DNA from: the human T2T-CHM13v2.0 reference genome, Homo sapiens
DNA: 64,000 nucleotides
NCBI RefSeq assembly: GCF_009914755.1
Contig: NC_060930.1
Reading direction: 5' to 3' (one strand)
Position numbers and translations under genes: made by a program. The notes under the pieces are model-generated. The model was not told the DNA's origin. It made no database searches and saw only the letters and a list, made by a program, of their open reading frames with translations. Positions 14,000 to 26,126 of this stretch are shown in pieces (the first letter of the stretch is position 1; every line of letters starts with the position of its first letter).

Positions 14000-16218
14000 T
14001 GATATGGTCTTTGTCCCCACCCAAATCTCATCTTGAATCTCCACGTGTTGTGGGAAGGACCTGGTAGGAGGTAATTGAATGGGGGCAGGTCTTTCCTGTG
14101 CTGTTCTCGTGATAGTAGATCTCATGGTTCTATAAGAAGGAGTTTCCTTGCACAAGCTCTCTCTTCTCTTGTCTGCCACCATATGAAATGGGCCTCTCAC
14201 TTTCCACCATGATTGGGAGGCTTCCCCAGCCACGGAGAATGGTAAGTCCACTGCCCAGTCTCAGGTATGTCTTGATCAGCACTGTGAGAATTGACTAATA
14301 CAGTAAACTGGTACCAGGAGTGGGGCACTGCTGAAAAGATACCCAAAAATGTGGAAGTGACTTTAGAACTCAATAATAGGCAGAGTTTGGAACAGTTTGG
14401 AGGGCTCAGAAGATGACAGGAAAATGCGGTAAAGTTTGGAACATCCTAAGACTTGTTGAATGGCTTTGCCCAAAATGCTGATAGCAATATGGCAATAAAA
14501 CCCAGGCTGAGGTGGTCTCAGATGGAAATGAGGAACTTGTTGGGAACTAGAGCAAAGGTGACTCTTGTTACATTTTGGCAAAGAGACTGGTGGCATTTTG
14601 CCCCTGCTGTAAAGATTTCTGAAACTTTGAACTTGAGAGAGATGATTTAGGGTATCTGATGGAAAAAATTTCTAAGCAGCAAAGCATTCAAGATGTGACT
14701 TGGGTGCTGTTAAAGGCATGCTGTTTGAAAAGGGAAACAGAGCATAAAAGTTCAGCAAATTTGCAGCCTGACAATGCAACAGAAAAGAAAATCCCATTTT
14801 CTGAGTAGAAATTCAAGCGGGCTGCAGAAATTTGCATAAGTAATGAAGAGCCAAATATCAATCACCAAGACAATGGGGAAAATGTCTCCAGAGCATGTTA
14901 GAGACCTTTGTGGCAGCCCCTCCCATCACAGGCCCAGAGGATTAGGAAGAAAAAATCATTCTGTGGGCCGGAACCAAGGGTCACTCTGCTGTGTACAGTC
15001 TAGGCACTTGGTGCTCTGCATCCCAGCCACTCCAGCCGTGACTAAAAGGGGCCAAGGTACAGCTCAAGCTGTGGTTTCAATGTGTGGAAGCCCTAGTCCT
15101 TGGCAGCTTCCATGTGGTGTTGAGCCTGCGGGTGTAGAGAAGTCAAGAATTGAGGTTGGGGAACCTCCATTTAGATTTCAGAAGATGTATGGAAACAACT
15201 TCACGCCCAGGCAGAAGTTTGCTGCAGGGGTGGGGCCCTCATGGAGAACCTCTGCTAGGGCATTGTGGAAGGGAAATGTGGGATTGGAGCCCCCACACAG
15301 AGTCCCTACTTGGGCACTGCATAGTGGAGCAGTGAGAAGAGGGCCACAGTTCTCCAGACCCCAGAATGATAGCTCCTCTGATGGCTTGCACCATGTGCCT
15401 GGAAAAGCTGCAGACACTCAATGCCAGCCCATGAATGCAGCTGGGAGGGAGGCTATACCCTGCAAAGCCACAGGGGAGGAGCTGCCCAAGGCCATAGGGG
15501 CCAACCTCTGCATCAGCATGAACTGGATGTGAGACATGGAGTCAAAGGAGATCATTTTGGAGCTTTAAGATTTGACTGCCCCACTGTATTTCAGACTTGC
15601 ATGGGCCCTGTAGCTGCTTTGCTTTGGCCAATTTCTCCTGTTTGGAGTGGCTGTATTTACCCAATGCCTGTACTACCATTGCATCTAGGCGGTACTTGCT
15701 TTTGACTTTACAGGCTCATAGATGGAAGAGACTTGCCTTGTCTCAGATGAGACATTGGACTGTGGACTTTTGAGTTAATGCTGAAATGAGTTAAGACTTT
15801 GGGGGACTGTTGGGAAAGCATGATTCATTTTGAAATGTGAGGACATACGATTTGGGAGGGGCCAGGGGCGGAATGAGATGGTTTGACTGTGTCCCCACCC
15901 AAATCTCATTTTGAATTCCCATGTGTTGCAGGAGGGACCTGGTAGGAGGTAATTGAATCACAGGGGCAGGCCTTTCCCATGCTGTTCTCATGATAGTGAA
16001 TTAGTCTCACGAGATCTGATGGTTCTATAAGGGGGAGTTTCCCTAACAAGCTCTCTGTTCTCTTGTCTGCTGCCATGTGAGATGTGCCTTTCACCTTCTG
16101 CCATGACTGTGAGGCTTCTCCAGCCACATGGAACTGTAAGTCCATTAAACCTCTTTCTTTTGTAAATTGCCCAGTTTCAAGTATGTCTTTATCAGCAGCA
16201 TGAAAATGGACTAATTCG
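14000..16218 (+). mobile_element. Complete THE1B-type MaLR provirus (LTR 14000-14302, internal 14303-15873, LTR 15874-16218)
   Basis: Two homologous LTRs 'tga(t/g)atgg...gactaat(aca/tcg)' flank THE1-int; 5-bp TSD ccccc/cccct; the 229-aa ORF 14843-15532 is a MaLR internal remnant. Confidence 0.96.
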
Positions 16219-16279
16219 CCCCTAAAGCCCCAAAGGGTTGCAATCATAAAAAAATTGGAGATACTTCTTAGTTGCTAAA

Positions 16280-17290
16280 ATAAGCAGAAATACGTCAAGG
16301 AGGTGAAGACGGTGAGGACATTTCAAGAAGAGCAATGACACAGACGTGTGAAATCATGTAACCGTAAACACTTCTTGCCAGGTGCCAGCTGAAGAGATGA
16401 TGAAACAGGAAGTAGGTAGGAGCTAACGGAGGGTCTTAAATTCTACGGAGAGAAAATTGTCATGTATTAAGTGATACTGAAAGTTTTAAGAAGAGTAATG
16501 AATATTAGATTTGTGTCTAACAAGTTCAGTCTCTTACCTCTTTAGAAAATGGAGTTGAAAGGGGAAGAAGACTGAATATTCAGAAACCACTTAGAAAAGC
16601 ACTATAGGAATTCAAGCTAACTAGAACACGGATAATAGAAACAAAGCAATGAAGACATATTTGGAAAATACTTAGAGATTAATTAGATACGGTTGGTGAG
16701 GGAGAAGGAAGTCTCAATAACTGCTCTGAAGTTCTCGGGAGAACTAGGTGGATAGCAATACCACCAGTTGCAATAAAGACTGGAAAGGGACTTTTTTACA
16801 GAAGGAAGTAGGGTTCTATTTTAACTATGCAGAATTTGAAGGGCATATCAGATGTAGAGCTGAAGGTGTTGTATGAAGAATCTACACACAAAAATACTTG
16901 CCAGAAAGAAGCATATACGTAGTACTCAAAACTGTGAGGGCAGATGAGATCAGCATAGAAGAGCACATAGATGGAGTAAAGATATTGACTGAGAATAGAA
17001 AACTCAAACTTGAACAAACACGAAAGGAATTAAGGGTGCGGCGGAGAAAGTACACTAAAGTCACAGAATTCAAGTTTTGAAACTGATTGTTTAAGAAAGC
17101 AGAGATCACAAAAATAAATTCAACAGAGAAGCCCAATAGTATGTAGACTGAAAGTGCCCATTTGACAATGAGGATGTCACTGTTGGCTTTATGAGGAATA
17201 ATTTCTGTAAAATGGTGAAAGCAGATGCCAATTTGCAGTGGGAAGAAAATACATGGAAAGTGAGAGAAGGGAGATAATTTTTTTCTACCA
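16280..17290 (-). mobile_element. Decayed L2 fragment
   Basis: Purine-rich L2 antisense motifs ('gaactaggtggatagcaataccac', 'tttgacaatgaggatgtcactg'). Confidence 0.55.
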
Positions 17291-17685
17291 ATATATGAGA
17301 ATGTATGAGAACTCTGGGCTTTGCTGCTTTTGAGTTCAGCATCCCAACACTCTAAGGTCTCCAATACAGAGGATGAATCTTAAAGACACTTAGTCATTTT
17401 TATTGTTGTTGTCATTCCTCTTCTTCCTGTTTCTATTTTCATTCTCCAAGCCTCCAGTTAACCTGGACTGTAAGTTCTGTACTTCCCCCCTTCTGGGAGG
17501 CAGCAGATAACACAAGATCTTTTATCTGTCTACCCTTGTTTCTATGGAAGACATTTCCACAAGAGTCTCTTGGATTTTGCTGGAGAAAAAAAGAACTCAA
17601 TCTCTTTCATAGTTATTCATTATTTTCCCTCTTTCTTACTTTTCTTGTCATCCAGGGAGAAAGAGAAAGATACAGTGACACAGAT

Positions 17686-17710
17686 GAGAGAGAGAGAGAG
17701 AGCGAGAGAA
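17686..17710. repeat. (GA)n microsatellite
   Basis: Directly visible. Confidence 0.85.
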
Positions 17711-19320
17711 AGCACGAGCGCGCACTCCTGTCTCCTTGGGTTCTTTGCAGCCCTTCTGACACTTAACAGCTCTATAGTCAATAACCCTCACAACTTCAGG
17801 GGCTGTGAATGTGCTCCTAACCAACTGAGAAGTACTCAGTAATGAAAAAATAAATATTTTTAAATGTATCTCTGTGTCAGTCTTGTTACATATCTTTTCA
17901 TGTTTCTTTCCTTGTCTATGCTGTAAAAGCCTAGGAAACAGTAGCTGCCTTTATGTTTTGTAGCATTTTTTGTGCCTATATCACACCCAACTGTGAACGA
18001 CATAGATAAATAATTTTTTCAGTGGTTGAATGAATTCCCACAGTAGTATGGAAAACAGCAGAAGGAGTACTCAGCACTGTCAGACATATATACAAAGAAT
18101 AAAAATATCTTCTTCTCTTGAATATTTGGAAAAATTATATACCAACATACAAGAAAAACTTTGGGGAAAATGTTAACACTGTGTGATTGTAGCTATAAAA
18201 CTGTTCAAAGAGCTGAAAGAGTCATGTGCACTGGAAATGGCAGGAAAAGTTTAGTAAACAAGGCAAAACTCAATTCGGCTCTTTGAGAAGGGGCTGACAT
18301 TAAATAAGTGGAGGGAATATAAATTCAATACCTGGGTTGGCAGTGCCAAATTGCAAGAGAATGAGTCCCGAGGTGGAAGGGAAGACATTGGCAGTCCAAA
18401 CTAGAAAGAAAGCTCTTCTCTTTGTTGGAGAGATAGGAAAAGATGACAGACTCTGTGAATGTATTTCAAGCTCGTATTCCTTTCTGTTGAACATGGCATA
18501 GTGAAATACATTGTACCGACTGCTCACTAATTTGAAATCCAAGTTCCTCCTCAGGGTGTCATGGTAGAGATAGTGCATCAGACTTGGCAGGGCCCTCCTG
18601 ACTCTCCTAGTCAAGCATGCTGATGCTGGCAGTGAATCTGGGAGGCAGTCTAGGGGAAAGGCAAAAGAACAGATTTATTTTTCAGCAACATTTATTTCCT
18701 CTTGGCTCATCAATATTGATACAACTGATAAAACACAACAAGCAAAGACAGGAAAGTCTCTCTTCTCTCCAAAGAGAAGAGATTGGATGGAATGTAGCTA
18801 GGAAAAAAGTTGTGAGTATTTAAAGTGAAAACACTTGCAATACAGCTAACTCTTGTTTCCTACAGATAGACAGTGCAATAATATATCTGAAATAACACTA
18901 ACAAGAGTAGCTGTGCATGAATAAGGAAGTCACTAAAAATTTGTGTTCTACTGTTTTTTAAAGGATTAATAGAGGCTCAATCAAACAGAACAGGATAGAA
19001 AACCAAGAAAGATAACAATATGGGTTGGGGGAAGCAATAGCTTTAACCAGGAGTTCAGTTAAGGATAGCTGCAGAATAACCACACAGGAGGCCTGGGATG
19101 AAGAGTCCTGACTGAAGCAGTAAGCAAGGGCTCTGAGAAAAAAGAAGCTTGGGTTCTTCAGAATATCAAGCATATCACTGAGAAGCAGAATGATTTTTCC
19201 TGATACGCTAAAACGCTATTTTGTGGTCTACAAGACAGAAAATTCCAAATATAGAAATGTCAAGAAAAACAAAAGCTCAACAAGAAAATAATTTTCCATA
19301 AAGGAATTAAATTTGGCAGT

Positions 19321-19680
19321 TAATTTTTTATTACAAAAATCTTGAAATATACACAGAGGTGGAGAGAATAGTGTAATGAACTATATATCCCTCTATCATA
19401 TTCAGTAGTGGTCAAGAATATTCCACATTTGCTTTATCCTTGTTTCTTGCTTTCTTTGCTGAAGTATTTAAAAGCAAATTGCAGACAGCAAATAATTTTT
19501 ACCCCTACTTTTGTCAGTGCCAATCTATAAAAAAAGATGGACATTTACTTTTCTAATCATAATGCTGTTATAACACCTAACAAAATTAACAATAATTTCT
19601 GGTATAATCTAAAATTCAGTTCATGATCAAGTTTCTCCAGATGGCTCAAAAATATGTTTTTACAGTTGACTTGTCCAAAT
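19321..19680 (-). mobile_element. L1MC4/5-type 3' end
   Basis: 'gagaatagtgtaatgaac...gaagtatttaaaagcaaat...acacctaacaaaattaacaataattt'. Confidence 0.75.
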
Positions 19681-20160
19681 TAATTCAAAATTCTTGTATT
19701 AAAAAAAAGAAATCTGTGTTCTTTCCAAAGTGTTTTTATTCATGAATAAAACTGAATTCTGTAATAATAATATAGAAAAATCTTCATTGTGCTACTTATG
19801 ATGCCTACATATATTTGTTTTATTTTAAATGCTCACCTATAAATCCCATTTTGATAGTTGGTAGAATTTCAACTCACCCAAAGATATTCTTCACATGGTT
19901 TTAGTTTGCCATGCTCATTGTATCCAACAAAGGAATTACTGTCACTCATTAACAGTGCTAACAGTGCTTGGTATATAGTAGATGTTCCATCAATATTTGC
20001 TGAATTCAATCCTCAGGAGATTTATTTACTTTGCAGCTAAACACACAATCTAAAATAACTAATTTCTATAGAAATGCCATTTTTCCCCAGACTCTAATAC
20101 CAGAGCTTAGAATTTTTGTTTTGTTTGCAATAACAGTAATGATACATAATCATAATTTAT

Positions 20161-20272
20161 TCTCCTCTACTAGATTGTAAATCCCATGAAAGTAGCAATA
20201 TTGCCATTTTGTTTGATGCTTGGTATTTCATAATACCAAGATTTTCAATAAATATTTGTTAAATGAATAAAC
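20161..20272 (+). mobile_element. L2 3' end
   Basis: 'ctagattgtaaatcccatga...caataaatatttgttaaatgaataaa'. Confidence 0.65.
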
Positions 20273-20964
20273 AAACAAAAGTGACCTCCTTGACATCTTT
20301 GTGTGTGAAAGAGAAAGAAATGTTCTTAGTACTTTAATACATGCATACATTTACCTCCAAAAGCTGAACTGTTTTATAACTTTTTGTAGAGGTTTCTTCT
20401 GACTATTCTGCTTTAGAACTACAAGAAATGAACAGAATTAGAATGCATCTAATTCTAGACAGACTGGACACAATTGAGAATTTTCAGGAATTAAATATAT
20501 CAACTCATTTTTTTCCATTTATTGGCCATTGGAAGCTTATTTTTTTTAAAGTTCTAAAAGAATTTCAAATTAAAAACAAAACACAGCAGCAACAAAATAA
20601 GCATAATTTCTGATTCAATAATGTTCTTAATCAAGGCAAACTTAAATAAGACAGAATGTTCTGCTTTACTATAATATGAATCTTATTCAGGAACCCTTGA
20701 ATATGTCAATTAGAACCAAAATCCAAACATAATAAAAGAGAGGGCACTTTTCTAGAAGTGTCTCATCATGATTCTCGTCTTAAAAACTTACTTTGGCTAT
20801 TATTTGCAGCCATTTGAAAACTTTATAAACTTCACAATTCTTTCAGAGAAAAACTTCTTGCAAAAAAAGCAGTATGGAAAATAGATTACATAACAGATTT
20901 GCTCAGGTAAAAAGTGTGGTGGAAGAAGGTGAGGATCCCCGAGGAACTAGAGGACACTGCTGTA

Positions 20965-21170
20965 CACAGGGAATTTGGGAGCCAGCAAGAACTTGGTTCT
21001 AAGCACTGGCCGTCTAACTACACTGATCAGCAGTTAGTGACCTTCCAGCACCACAATTCTCATCTGTAAAATAGAAAATATCCCCTACCTTGTGGAGTTG
21101 TTATGAGAATTAAATAATTATTTGCTAGATCATTATTTGAAGTACTAAGTACAAAGCTAAGATGCAATAA
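20965..21170 (+). mobile_element. MIR
   Basis: 'tctcatctgtaaaatag...ctacctt...gttgttatgagaattaaat'. Confidence 0.7.
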
Positions 21171-21252
21171 GAGGTCACCCAATGGCTTTGTGGCATTAAA
21201 AAATGTCAGCACTGTGCCCCTTCCCCTCAGATTTCCATTGACCACTTTAGTA

Positions 21253-21256
<4 letters not shown>

Positions 21257-21293
<37 letters not shown>
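21257..21293. repeat. (CA)18 microsatellite
   Basis: Directly visible. Confidence 0.95.
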
Positions 21294-21296
<3 letters not shown>

Positions 21297-21299
21297 ACT

Positions 21300-21951
21300 T
21301 GCAGGAGCACTTGCCCTTGCTTTTGGAGCACCCAAGTGAGACAGCTGAAGGGCCTGGAAATTTACATCACCGACCCACACCATGCCTCAAGGACCTGGTC
21401 CTTAATGACTGACAGGTGGCAGGAGTATTTAAGGCTTTTCTTTCACTCTAGTGCCCCCTACAGAATCAGGGTGAAGTCACCTCTGAAATTTTGCCTAAAA
21501 AGCAAGCTCCCTTCCTTGGCTTCTTGCCCTTCCCTCTCCTGCTGTCCCATTCCCTTACAGGTCTTTGTGGGTGTGCTTCCTTAACAAAGTATTTTTTTCT
21601 CCTTTTTTGAGACAGTCTCGCTCTGTCACCCAGGCTAGAGTGCAGTAGTGTGACCTTGGCTCACTGCCAGCTCTGCCTCCCAGGGTTCATGCCATTCTCC
21701 TGCCTCAGCCTCCCAAGTACCTGGGATTACAGGTGCCCACCACCACACCCTGCTAATTTTTTGTATTTTTAGTAGAGACGGGGTTTCACCATGTTAGCCA
21801 GGATGGTCTTGATCTCCTGACCTTGTGATCTGCCCGCCTCAGCCTCCCAAAGTGCTGGGATTACAGGTGTGAGCCACCACGCCTGGCCTTAACAAAGTAT
21901 TTACACACGAACAGTCTTCTCAGAGTAGACCTCTAGAGAACACAACATAAG
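21300..21951 (+). mobile_element. LTR16-type ERVL LTR interrupted by an Alu
   Basis: 'ggcctggaaatttacatc...aatgactgacagg...cttccttaacaaagtattt[Alu]acacacgaacagtcttctcagag...gaacacaacataag'. Confidence 0.7.
21595..21888 (-). mobile_element. AluY/AluSc-type
   Basis: Full dimer; 'gccattctcc', 'ttagccaggatggtc'; TSD ttaacaaagtattt at 21581-21594 and 21889-21902. Confidence 0.96.
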
Positions 21952-22099
21952 TGGGGAGTGGTGGATGGTTATTAACATGGCATACAAGGTATCAAATAAT
22001 AATCCCAGTCTCATTTTCAGGCACTTGGATCCATAATAACCTCTCCTCCGCCTAACTCAGCTGCAGAGAAGCTGTGGGGCCCCCATACCCCATGAATGT

Positions 22100-22350
22100 C
22101 CATGCCTCTCTTCTTTCTGTTTGGAATGGCTTTTCCTATGTAAAATATCTATTATCCTTAGGATCCAATTCAAACATCCCCTTCTCTATGAAATGCCCAT
22201 AATCCCAGCAGAAATCCTTGTTTTCTCTTAAATTTTATCCACGTACCTTCTATAAAGCATATCATATTATATTGTTGAATATGTCTGGGAATTATTTGAG
22301 AAAAGTGAGTCCTATTTACCTTTGCATCACATTCAGCTGCCCTCCAGCCA
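22100..22350 (+). mobile_element. L2 fragment (3' end resumes ~22694-22725)
   Basis: 'ttggaatggcttttcc...ccaattcaaacatccccttctctatgaa'. Confidence 0.5.
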
Positions 22351-22379
22351 TCCTCTTGTCTGCCCTCACTCTTATCACA

Positions 22380-22693
22380 CACATGTCAAATTTTTTTTAC
22401 TTAAAACCTTGGGACCAGATAGCTTTGGAATTCAGAACTGTTCAATGCTTAGAATGGTATTGCAAGCCATGTACTACATCTTAAGGAACATTCCCAGCAG
22501 GTCCTGTGGTGGCACTCCAAAAAAACAATAACATCAGTTTCTTCAGTGAGAGGAATGTGTATTCACACTAAGTAGGATAAACAAAAAATGTACATAGCCT
22601 CATATCCATTCAGGTCAGGTCTTGCTACTAAATGATCTCAGGGTTTTTAGAGCTCTTTGGATTTCAGATTTATGGATAAGAGGTTGTAAACCT
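22380..22693 (+). mobile_element. MER46C (TcMar-Tigger)
   Basis: 'ccttgggaccagat...attcacactaagt...ttcaggtcaggt...agagctctttggatttcag...ggataagaggttgtaaacct'. Confidence 0.85.
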
Positions 22694-23117
22694 TTAATAG
22701 AAGTTCAATATGTGTTTATTGAGCTGGGTTCAAGAAAGCATCCTCTCATTGCTGTTATCACTAAATCTCTTTTCTGTTTAAAAAAAAAATTACAAACAAC
22801 ATTTTTTAAGCTCTTGGATTCAGTTGGTTTTTTTTCCCCAGAAGTAAAGATGAACTGCCAAAATCACCAGATTTCCTCGTTCAGTTTCTGGAGAAACAAA
22901 TTATGCTGCTTTCCTGCTGCTCTGAGTGTCAGACCAGTGAAGCAAGGTCTTCAACATCGATATATAGAAGTTGAAGAGGCTGGAATACTACTAATTTGAC
23001 TACTAAATCTGAGTGTAGCAAATCATTTAAATGTGCCTTTCCTTTGGTTTGCACTTGGCTAATAACAGTCTTACACACATAAAAACTAAATCCCCCAAAA
23101 AGGTGGAATTACATTTG

Positions 23118-23295
23118 ATGGCTGGAAGAATCTTGGAGGGCATCTAATTCAATCCCTTCACTTTATATATGATGAAACCCAGGCTCAGAGAGGTTAATTC
23201 ACTTTCCTGAGTTCACATAGTAGGTTAGTAGCAAAACAAACTAGAATCAAGGTCTCAGGAGGTGAGTCCTCTTTTCTCCACACTGTATTGCCTCC
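23118..23295 (-). mobile_element. MIR3/MIR
   Basis: 'gatgaaacccaggctcagagaggttaa...tcacatagtaggttagtagc'. Confidence 0.75.
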
Positions 23296-23424
23296 ATAGA
23301 ATAGGATTTCTTCCAACCCTGACCCTTAAGTCCAGCTGTTCAAAAGGCACAGATATCCTGTTCTCCAAATAACTGCATTGCGTGGATAGCATGTGTCTTG
23401 AATTCTGTGTACCAAGGCTGTCAT

Positions 23425-23475
23425 AATAGTAGCTTCCCCTTTACTGAGAGGAATAGTAGCTTCCCCTTTACTGAG
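23425..23475. repeat. Exact 24-bp direct duplication with 3-bp spacer
   Basis: aatagtagcttcccctttactgag at 23425-23448 and 23452-23475. Confidence 0.95.
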
Positions 23476-25342
23476 CCTGTATAATATCAAGGTCTGTACT
23501 CAGGGCCTAATAAAGGGAAGATATAAATGGAAGATAATATTACTATAGGTGATTATGGGTCTAACAGCATACATTAAAGGTTTAATAAAATTATCTTTGA
23601 AAATGTGCTTTTTTATATATACTCTATGTATCTTTTTTATATATACTCACATTGAAACAAGCCAAATTAGGCTCATTCACCAAATTCTTAATATGAAAGT
23701 TCCTTATAGACACTTTGTTGAAATATTGTCACTCATTTAAATGCTACATACATTTTAATTTGCTGGCTCCGTAGTATCACTCAAATATAAACTTTGAATT
23801 AAATTCTAATCATAAAATTTGAACATATTAGTCCAAGGAAATAGCTGGTTTTCATGTGTACACCATAAAATGTCAACATTATTTTAAATATTATCTTATC
23901 TAATGAATGGTGTTTTCTCAAGTATCAAGTAGCTTGTTTCCTATTACATCATAATATCCAGAGGGCATTTTCTCCTCCACTGCCCCCCACTTCCTTCTTA
24001 CTTTAGGGAAGACAAAGACAAAGAGGTAAAGGGCAAAAAGCAATCGTGAGTTCAATTTCCCAAAAACTGTGAAGACTCAGGGGGTGGAAAATAAAGAAAT
24101 AACAAGTTTAGAACATCAGTGTCCCTCCACCTCAGACCATTTGAAGTAAAGACAAAAGAATCTGAATTATTCTTCTTGCAGTTTATTCCTTAAAAAAAAA
24201 GCAGTGATTACCTTCAGTGAAAATATGTGAACCTCTCTAACAAGTCAAAGCTACTGCTGGTTTGGACTCAAACAATTGATCATCATAAAGGACTCTGTTA
24301 ATATGTCCTGTAATCAAAAATGTTCTGATGACAGATTTAGTACCTCTCATAAGTAACAAAGCAGAGTGGCATATGAATGAAGTAAATTCATTTCTGCAAA
24401 AATGTATTGCAAGAACCCAAGAGCTGAGGTCTAGCCCCACTGAGTCTCCCCTGGGCTGTAGGTAATTGTAACACTGATTCTTTCAGAGACCATGTCAAGT
24501 CTCATTTGAGTTTCTTAAGTGAGTGGTATAGCTGCATGTTTCGTTTCACTAATGATCAAATTTCCCAACCAGTGTAATTAGACCAGCCAGGTCACTGAGA
24601 ATTCTTAATTAATGAGAAATTCAAAGCCAATTTCACACACTACCTATGTCTAATTTTTCATTAACCTGTTGCTATTAATTTAAAGGCAGTAAAATCTCTT
24701 TGAAAGGTTTGTTCAAAAGACTTGTTTACTTAAATTTGTCTTTAAAATGGTTGGTTTCATAAAATTCACGGCTCCAAACTCACTCCTCTCCACCCTCCAC
24801 TTCACTTGTAACCAGGTTATGTGAAATGCTTTATTCTGTTGATAACAAGAATGCCAAGTATAAAGTGAGAAGCACCAACTTGAAGTGTCAGGTAAGCAAA
24901 AGACAACATGAAGGAAAGGGCTAAGTAAAAACAAATGCAGAGATTTTGTTTTGTTCTGGTTTTCTTTCCCCTTGCTGTCTCTTCAGTACCTAGGACAGTG
25001 CCCAGCACACACTAGGCACTTGGTAAATAATTCTTGAAAGAAGAGCTGTCTTGTTCTTTATCACTCACGTGTGTCACATTATCCCAGGTAATGTCCTTAA
25101 AAGTACATTAGCTCTCTTTGCCAGACACACCCAGGGAGGCATCGACCCTGTAGAATTGCTCCACAAAGCACCCATCAGGAGACCACCTCTAGCATCACCA
25201 CAACATGAAACATCTTCTGACCTAAGACAGACACTGCACTTACTACACTATGCTGACTTCCTTAAACGTGTCCCCCATTTCAATCCAGATATTACCTATA
25301 AATCACTTTTCTGTACCCATATGAATAACTGATATTTGACTC

Positions 25343-26126
25343 TGTAGCAGTCTAGGTCTAATCTGGAGATAGAAACTACAAAGTGGGTTAAACAAAGGAA
25401 GATTAATATAAAGAATAATTAAACTATAATAAAGGAGAATAAGATATAAGGAATTCTACATGGTATCCCAGGGCAGATGGAGAGTACCCAAAGAAGAACA
25501 AATTTCAAAAGGCATCCCTTCCCCAAGGTTGGGGTTTAGACCTCATTGGAAAAAGTATATTTCAGCTCATGGAAAACCAGAAGTTTTCTGGTTCCAGCCT
25601 GGAGCTAGTCTGCAGTCATTGAGCAAGTGGGAGGCAACCCTCTAGAGTGAAGGCAAAGAACAAGTGATCAACAATCAGTGGTGTGGGCATGCAGAAAGGG
25701 TCAGATCCCTCCAGGGTATAGAGGGAATCTGGGAGCCAGTAGGATTGGGAGGCCTTTGGGTGCTGGTGCAAGTAGGAAGCCTTTGAAGCACCACTTCTCA
25801 ATTCAAAAGGGGCACAGAAAGGTTATCACCAGGCCAAGGCTGCAAGGTAGCTGAGGACTCTGGTCCCATGGCTGGAACGGACCTCTCTACCAGATGTTCA
25901 CACTCAGACACTGCTAAGCCCTTCCACCCCACCTCCCTCTGCCATAGCAGAAAACAGCAGGAGAGCCACTTCCTCCTGCAATACCTCCCCATCACCCTCT
26001 GCTGAGAAAGCTTAGTGTTATACTTACTAGGAAGAAGAGATGCCTAAAGAAGTTCCCTCTATTATCATGGGATATACCTTGAAGTGTAAATTTGGAGCTA
26101 AGAAGCAATAAATTAATAGTGGCACA
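25343..26126 (-). mobile_element. LTR41-type ERVL solo LTR
   Basis: TG...CA ends; 'ggagatagaaactac...ttaatataaagaat' and 'aatttggagctaagaagcaataaatt...ggcaca'; TSD gactc/gacta. Confidence 0.75.

Noticed and set aside
14843-15532. 229-aa ORF
   Set aside because: Lies within THE1-int; a MaLR remnant, not a host gene
16882-17364. 160-aa hydrophobic ORF
   Set aside because: Overlaps a decayed L2; no recognisable domain
18300-18614. 104-aa ORF in unique DNA
   Set aside because: Non-ATG start, no recognisable domain; length expected by chance
20219-20240. 9-bp-stem hairpin in an L2 tail
   Set aside because: Too short to distinguish from chance; a prokaryotic terminator call is not applicable
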